This document shows, one piece after another, positions 58,948 through 64,000 of a stretch of 64,000 nt of DNA. The notes under the pieces are model-generated. The model was not told the DNA's origin. It saw only the letters and a list, made by a program, of their open reading frames with translations, and made no database searches. This DNA is from Chthoniobacteraceae bacterium (GTDB lineage Bacteria > Verrucomicrobiota > Verrucomicrobiia > Chthoniobacterales > Chthoniobacteraceae). Within the stretch, counting starts at the first letter, position 1. Each line of letters begins with the position of its first letter. The translations under genes and the position numbers were made by a program. Location of the stretch: contig JANNXQ010000012.1 of the NCBI GenBank assembly GCA_031409655.1, positions 32,001 through 96,000 on the forward strand, in the 5' to 3' direction.

Positions 58948-60009
58948 ATGAAAATTCTCGCTCTCCTCCTCGCCCTCACGTTCTCCGCCAGCGCCGCGCG
59001 CATCGAACTCGTCGCCGGCGGCGGCAGCAAAGACCAAGACGCCCCGGCTAGGGAGTGCGAACTGCGCGAACCATTCGGAGTCGAGTTCACGGCAGCGGGC
59101 GAAATGATCATCGCCGAAATGACGAAAGGTCAGCGTGTGCTGAAAGTGGGTGCGCAGGGTTTGCTCAGCGTGATCGCGGGCACTGGCGCGAAGGGCTACT
59201 CCGGCGACGGCGGCCCGGCGACCGCCGCGACCTTCAATGGCATCCACAATCTCGCCATCACCTCCGAAGGCGACTTGCTCATCGCGGACAGTTTCAACCA
59301 CACCCTGCGCCGGATCGACGCGAAGACCGGGGTGGTGAAAACGATCGCCGGCAACGGAACGTCCGGCTTCGCCGGCGACGGAGGCCCCGCAGCCGAAGCG
59401 AAATTCGCGACGCTCATTCAGATCGCCCTCGATCCCGCGGGCCGGCAGCTTTTCCTCGCCGACATCGGCAACAAGCGCATCCGCCGGCTCGATCTCGCGA
59501 GCGGAAAAATCACGACTGTCGCGGGCCATGGAAAGAGCGGCGTGCCGGCAGATGGAGCCGACGCCGCGACTTCATCGCTCGTCGATCCCCGCGCCGTCGT
59601 GCCGGATGCGGTCGGCGGATTCTACATCCTCGAGCGCAACGGTAACGCCCTGCGCTACGTCGATCCCGCGGGCAAAATCAAGACCGTGGCCGGGACCGGC
59701 GCGAAGGGTGCGAGCGGCGATGGCGGCCCTGCCCTGCAAGCCACGCTGAACGGCCCGAAACATCTCTGCCTGGATCAGGACGGCACCGTCCTCATCGCCG
59801 ACGCCGAGAATCACCTCATCCGCCGCTACCATCCGAAGGACGGAAAAATCACCCGCGTCGCCGGCACCGGAAAGCGCGGCACCGCCGGCCTCGGCGGCGA
59901 CCCGCTGCAATGCGAACTCGCCCGCCCCCACGGCGTCACCGTCCACCGCGACGGCACCCTTTACATCACCGACAGCTACAACGACCGCATCCTCAAGATC
60001 GTCCCCTGA
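58948..60009 (+). CDS. Secreted NHL-repeat beta-propeller protein
   Basis: Signal peptide; repeated IAGTG..G.SGDGGPA..A..N.P and IAD..NH.IRR units. Confidence 0.9.
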   Translation: MKILALLLALTFSASAARIELVAGGGSKDQDAPARECELREPFGVEFTAAGEMIIAEMTKGQRVLKVGAQGLLSVIAGTGAKGYSGDGGPATAATFNGIHNLAITSEGDLLIADSFNHTLRRIDAKTGVVKTIAGNGTSGFAGDGGPAAEAKFATLIQIALDPAGRQLFLADIGNKRIRRLDLASGKITTVAGHGKSGVPADGADAATSSLVDPRAVVPDAVGGFYILERNGNALRYVDPAGKIKTVAGTGAKGASGDGGPALQATLNGPKHLCLDQDGTVLIADAENHLIRRYHPKDGKITRVAGTGKRGTAGLGGDPLQCELARPHGVTVHRDGTLYITDSYNDRILKIVP

Positions 60010-60088
60010 CCGATGGCTAGAGCGGACAGTCCCGCAGCGAATTGCAGTGCAAAAGCCCAGCGCAGGACGGTATCCGTAGCCGTGCCAC

Positions 60089-60161
<73 letters not shown>

Positions 60162-60163
60162 TT

Positions 60164-60198
60164 GCATTTAGGATTTAGCATTTTGGATTTAGGATTTA
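60164..60198 (+). repeat. Tandem heptamer array (GGATTTA family, 5 units)
   Basis: GCATTTA GGATTTA GCATTTT GGATTTA GGATTTA immediately after the tRNA. Confidence 0.8.
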
Positions 60199-60208
60199 TC
60201 CCATCTTC

Positions 60209-61144
60209 GTGAATCCAACTATTCTCGGAAAAATCGCGGTCGTCGGATCCGGGGCGGTGGGGTGCTATTATGGCGGGATGCTGGCGCACCTGGGGTGTGA
60301 TGTGCGGTTTCTCATGCGGGCGGATTTGGCGGCGGTGCGGGCGCAGGGGCTGACGATTCGGACGGGGGGGGACGAGGTGCGGGTGCGGGTGGAGGCGTTT
60401 GGATCGACGCAGGAGATCGGGCCAGCGGACTTTGTGATCATTGCCCTGAAGGCAACGGGGAATGCGTTGCTGGAGACTTTGCTCCCGCCTTTGCTGCATG
60501 AAAATACGGCGCTGGTGACTTTGCAGAATGGGTTGGGAAATGAGGAGTATCTCGCGGAGCGCTGGGGGGCGGAGCGGGTGCTGGGGGCGTTGTGTTTTGT
60601 GTGTCTGAATCGGACGGCACCGGGGGTGGTCGAACATTTCGATCATGGGTCGATCTCGGTGGGGGAGTTCGGGCGCGCGCCTTGGCCGCGGACGCGAGAT
60701 CTTGTGGCGGGGCTACTGGCGGCGGGGATCGAGGCGAAGGTGGTCGAGAATCTCGTGGAGGAGCGCTGGCGGAAATTGCTCTGGAATATCCCTTTCAACG
60801 GACTGGCGATCGCCGCCGGCGGGGCGACGGTTGCGGAGGTGCTCGCGGACTCGGGGCTGCGCAAGGTGGCGCGCGATCTGATGAGCGAAGGGCTCGACGC
60901 CGCGCGGCGCATCGGGCACGACATCCCGGACAGTTTCGCCGACTTTCAAATCGAACGCAGCTACAGCATGGGACCTTATCAACCTTCCAGCATGATCGAT
61001 TGGAAATTTGGACGACCGGTGGAAGTGGAGGCGATCTGGGGTGAGCCGTGGCGGCAGGGGGTGCGCGCCGGGGCGACGATGCCGCGGCTGGAAATGCTCT
61101 ATCAATTGCTCCGCCAGGTGACGGCACGGGAGGTGGGACGATGA
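60209..61144 (+). CDS. panE: 2-dehydropantoate 2-reductase
   Basis: GSGAVGCYYGG, LQNGLGNEE, WRKLLWNIPFN, PSSMIDW, EVEAI. Confidence 0.88.
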   Translation: MNPTILGKIAVVGSGAVGCYYGGMLAHLGCDVRFLMRADLAAVRAQGLTIRTGGDEVRVRVEAFGSTQEIGPADFVIIALKATGNALLETLLPPLLHENTALVTLQNGLGNEEYLAERWGAERVLGALCFVCLNRTAPGVVEHFDHGSISVGEFGRAPWPRTRDLVAGLLAAGIEAKVVENLVEERWRKLLWNIPFNGLAIAAGGATVAEVLADSGLRKVARDLMSEGLDAARRIGHDIPDSFADFQIERSYSMGPYQPSSMIDWKFGRPVEVEAIWGEPWRQGVRAGATMPRLEMLYQLLRQVTAREVGR

Positions 61145-61899
61145 GCGACTGGCGCGAGCTGCGACCGGAGTGGGGGATCGTGTTGGGCTCGGGGCTCGGC
61201 GCGATGATCGAGCGGGTGGAGGTGCTCGCGGAGGTGCCCTACGCGGAGGTCGAGGGGCTGCCGGTGTCGCGCGTGCCGGGCCATGCGGGGAAGTTTCTCT
61301 TTGGCACGCTGGCCGGAGTGCCGGTGCTAATCGCGCAGGGTCGGGTCCATCTTTATGAAGGGCGCACGGCGGCGGAGGTGACGGCGGGGGTGCGCTTCAT
61401 GGCGACGTGCGGGGTGAAGCGGCTGGTGCTGACGAATGCGGCGGGGACGGCGAATCGCGAATTTGCGCCGGGGACCTGGATGATGCTGGCGGATCATCTG
61501 AACCTCACGGGCGCGACGCCGCTGCTCGGTGGGCCGAATTTTGTGGACATGAGTGAAGTGTACTCGGCGCGGCTGCGGGAGCGGTTTGCGGCGGTGGCGG
61601 CGGCTGAGGAGATCGCGCTGCATTCCGGCGTCTATGCGGGTTTGCTCGGGCCGCAGTACGAGACGCCGGCGGAGGTGCGGATGTTTCAGCGTCTGGGCGC
61701 GGATGCGGTGGGAATGTCCACGGTGCTGGAGGCGATCCAGGCGCGGGCGCTGGGCTTGGAAGTGGCGGGGTTTTCGTGTCTCACGAACTGGGCCGCGGGG
61801 CTGAACACCGAACCGCTCGCGCACGAAGAAGTGCTCACGATGGGCAAGCGCGCGGCGGGAGACATGGTCCGGCTGCTGGAGCGAGTGATCGGGGGGTGA
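61141..61899 (+). CDS. punA: Purine-nucleoside phosphorylase (trimeric type)
   Basis: VLGSGLG, VPGHAG, GRVHLYEG, TNAAG, GPQYETPAE, VGMST. Confidence 0.92.
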   Translation: MSDWRELRPEWGIVLGSGLGAMIERVEVLAEVPYAEVEGLPVSRVPGHAGKFLFGTLAGVPVLIAQGRVHLYEGRTAAEVTAGVRFMATCGVKRLVLTNAAGTANREFAPGTWMMLADHLNLTGATPLLGGPNFVDMSEVYSARLRERFAAVAAAEEIALHSGVYAGLLGPQYETPAEVRMFQRLGADAVGMSTVLEAIQARALGLEVAGFSCLTNWAAGLNTEPLAHEEVLTMGKRAAGDMVRLLERVIGG

Positions 61900-61901
61900 A
61901 G

Positions 61902-62013
61902 CTGGGAGCGCCGCCGTCTCGTGCGGCAAACGGATCCCTCGGCGAAGCCGCATTTATCAATGTGGCGCTACGCGCGGCGCGCACGATGCCGCACGGGACG
62001 GCGGCGGTCCCAG
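61902..62013. repeat. REP/MITE-like element with 27-bp terminal inverted repeats, copy 2
   Basis: CTGGGAGCGCCGCCGTCTCGTGCGGCA ... TGCCGCACGGGACGGCGGCGGTCCCAG between convergent punA and trmD. Confidence 0.85.
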
Positions 62014-62040
62014 GTTTCGCTTCCGAAAGTTTTTCCCAGC

Positions 62041-62730
62041 TTACTGCTCCTGCGGCGGGGGCGGTGAGAGCAGATCGGGGCGGACGCGTTGAGTCTTTTC
62101 CAGGGCGCGCTCGCGGCGCCATTTGGCCACTGCGCCGTGATGGCCGCTGAGCAGGATGTCCGGCACGCGCGCGCCGCGGAAGTCCACGGGCCGCGTGTAT
62201 TGCGGGAACTCGAGCAGGCCCGTGGAAAAGCTGTCGTCGGCGGCGCTCTGGTCGTCGCCGAGCACGCCGGGGATCAGCCGTACCACAGCATCGGAAAAGA
62301 CCGCGGCGGCGAGCGCGCCATTCGTGAGCACGTAGTCGCCGATGGAAATTTCCTCATCCACGAGCTGATCGATGACGCGCTGATCCACCCCTTCATAGTG
62401 CCCGCAGAGAATGATGAGATGCGGCATCTTCGAGAACTCCAGCGCCGCGCGCTGATCAAAGCGCCGGCCAGCAGGCGACATGAAGATGACGCGCGACTCC
62501 GGCGTGCGCAGCGCTTCGAGCGCGGCGAAGATCGGCTCGCATTTCATCACCATGCCCTGGCCGCCGCCGTAGGGCATGTCGTCCACGGTGCGGCGCTTGT
62601 CGGTGGTCCAGTCGCGGAGATCGTGCGCGCGGATGGTGGCGAGGCCGCGCTCCTGCGCGCGTTTCATCATGCTCTCGGCGAGCGGGGCCGCGGCGATGGC
62701 GGGGAAAAGGGTGACGATGTCGATCTTCAC
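62041..62730 (-). CDS. trmD: tRNA (guanine37-N1)-methyltransferase
   Basis: [48 protein letters not shown]; start GTG 62730 or ATG 62742. Confidence 0.96.
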   Translation of the reverse strand: MKIDIVTLFPAIAAAPLAESMMKRAQERGLATIRAHDLRDWTTDKRRTVDDMPYGGGQGMVMKCEPIFAALEALRTPESRVIFMSPAGRRFDQRAALEFSKMPHLIILCGHYEGVDQRVIDQLVDEEISIGDYVLTNGALAAAVFSDAVVRLIPGVLGDDQSAADDSFSTGLLEFPQYTRPVDFRGARVPDILLSGHHGAVAKWRRERALEKTQRVRPDLLSPPPPQEQ

Positions 62731-62736
62731 GGGAGG

Positions 62737-62840
62737 GAGCATCGAACGCCGAACGTCGAACGTCGAACCTCCAGTGGATCTCCCGCCCGCTCGCCGCGCG
62801 CATTCGAGGTTGGATGTTCGACGTTCGATGTTGGATGTTC
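62737..62840. repeat. Inverted heptamer arrays (GAACGTC family)
   Basis: GAGCATC GAACGCC GAACGTC GAACGTC GAACCTC ... GAGGTTG GATGTTC GACGTTC GATGTTG GATGTTC. Confidence 0.85.
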
Positions 62841-62849
62841 TGCGCCGCC

Positions 62850-64000
62850 TTGGCCAAGAAACCCTCCCGCACTAGCAATCGCACCCGCGCCCCCCGCCGC
62901 CGCTTGAAACGCTGGCTGCTCTGGGGCGGGCTCGCGGCGTTCCTCATCGTCGCGGCGGTCGTCACCACCTACGGCTTCTGGGCTTCGACCTTCGAGATCC
63001 ACGACGTGCGCACGATGCGCGAGCGCTCCACAGTCTTCGACATGGACGGAAAAATGTACGCGCGGCTGCAAGGCGAGAATCGCATCACCGTGCCGCTCGC
63101 CGAAGTGTCGCCGCACTTCGTGAAGGCGCTGCTCGCGCGGGAAGACTCGCGCTTTTACAATCACCGCGGCGTCGATCCCATCGGCATCGCGCGGGCCATC
63201 GTGCGCAATGTCACCTCCGGTTCCGCGGCGCAGGGCGCCAGCACCATCACCCAGCAACTCGCGCGGAATTCCTTTGTGCTCGGCGGCAAAAATCTGCACC
63301 GCAAATTACTTGAAGCCTTCGTCGCCGCGCGCATCGAGCAGCATTACGCAAAGGACGAAATCCTCGAGCACTACATGAACCGCATCTACTTCGGTTCCGG
63401 CGTCTATGGCATCGAGACCGCGAGCCAGGCTTACTTCGGGAAACGCGCCCGTGACCTGACTCTGAGCGAGGCCGCGATGATCGCCGGTATCATCCGCGGC
63501 CCCACGCGTTTCTCGCCTTTTCGCAATCCCAAAGGCGCGCGCCGCGAGCGCGACGACGTGCTGGATCGGCTGGTGAAGTTGGAGAAAATCCAACCCGGCG
63601 AGGCGCGCACGGCCAAGGCCGCGCCGCTCACCCTCGCCCGCAAACGGCAGCTCGGGACGCAGGAAAACTACGGCATGGACATGGTCCAGCGCGAACTCGA
63701 CATCCTGCTCACCGACGATCAACAGGCGCTCGGCGGCTTCAAGATTTACACGACCATCGATCCTGATTTGCAAAATGCCGCGCAGATTGCCGTGGATGCG
63801 CAGCTCCGGAAGATCGAAGCGAAGCCCGGCTACGTGCATCCGAAGCGCGCCGACTTTTCCGACGAAGCGCGCAAGGAGGAACTGCCCACGCCTTACCTCC
63901 AGGGCGCATTGGTCGCGATCGACAACCGCAGCGGCGGCATCCGCGCCCTCGTGGGCGGGCGCGACTATGCGGAAAGTAAGTTGAACCGTGCCGTGCAATC
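62850..64000 (+). CDS. Class A penicillin-binding protein (PBP1A family), runs off window end
   Basis: Not in ORF track; manual translation gives a basic N-terminus, a TM helix, [47 protein letters not shown] start approximate. Confidence 0.92.
   Translation, partial: MAKKPSRTSNRTRAPRRRLKRWLLWGGLAAFLIVAAVVTTYGFWASTFEIHDVRTMRERSTVFDMDGKMYARLQGENRITVPLAEVSPHFVKALLAREDSRFYNHRGVDPIGIARAIVRNVTSGSAAQGASTITQQLARNSFVLGGKNLHRKLLEAFVAARIEQHYAKDEILEHYMNRIYFGSGVYGIETASQAYFGKRARDLTLSEAAMIAGIIRGPTRFSPFRNPKGARRERDDVLDRLVKLEKIQPGEARTAKAAPLTLARKRQLGTQENYGMDMVQRELDILLTDDQQALGGFKIYTTIDPDLQNAAQIAVDAQLRKIEAKPGYVHPKRADFSDEARKEELPTPYLQGALVAIDNRSGGIRALVGGRDYAESKLNRAVQ

Overview
High-GC bacterial chromosomal window. 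Gene repertoire, weak Shine-Dalgarno use and intergenic heptamer repeats are consistent with Verrucomicrobiota (Chthoniobacter-like); this is inference, not a database result. Housekeeping content: an isolated nuoM-nuoN pair, tex, phoB/phoR-like genes, topB, murA, prmC, apt, 2-oxoacid dehydrogenase E1a/E1b/E2, an LptF/G permease, panE, purine nucleoside phosphorylase, trmD, a class A PBP and a CAT-anticodon tRNA (Ile2-type). Four accessory features stand out. (1) An 11-gene operon (33831-44727) resembling an acyl-viosamine protein-glycosylation island: TPR-GT41, FkbM methyltransferase, Rieske oxygenase, ACP, FabH, FabG, a small ORF, a catalytically dead FabH, an acyltransferase and a VioA-like aminotransferase. 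It embeds what looks like a phage tail-fibre domain gene, and the cognate phage chaperone-like peptide is fused to the acyltransferase. (2) Sigma54 -24/-12 motifs precede this island, a minor-pilin cluster and three other genes, four of the five at a near-constant 14-15 nt from the start codon. (3) A transposase-free element made of a four-helix-bundle ORF bracketed by inverted heptamer arrays sits inside the 2-oxoacid dehydrogenase operon, with an internally deleted sibling 3.3 kb away and three other heptamer families nearby. (4) Pho-box-like and Fur-box-like sites, REP-like pairs, and a Roco-type LRR protein that stops where the GTPase domain would begin. All family calls are motif recognition by eye and need HMM or structure confirmation.
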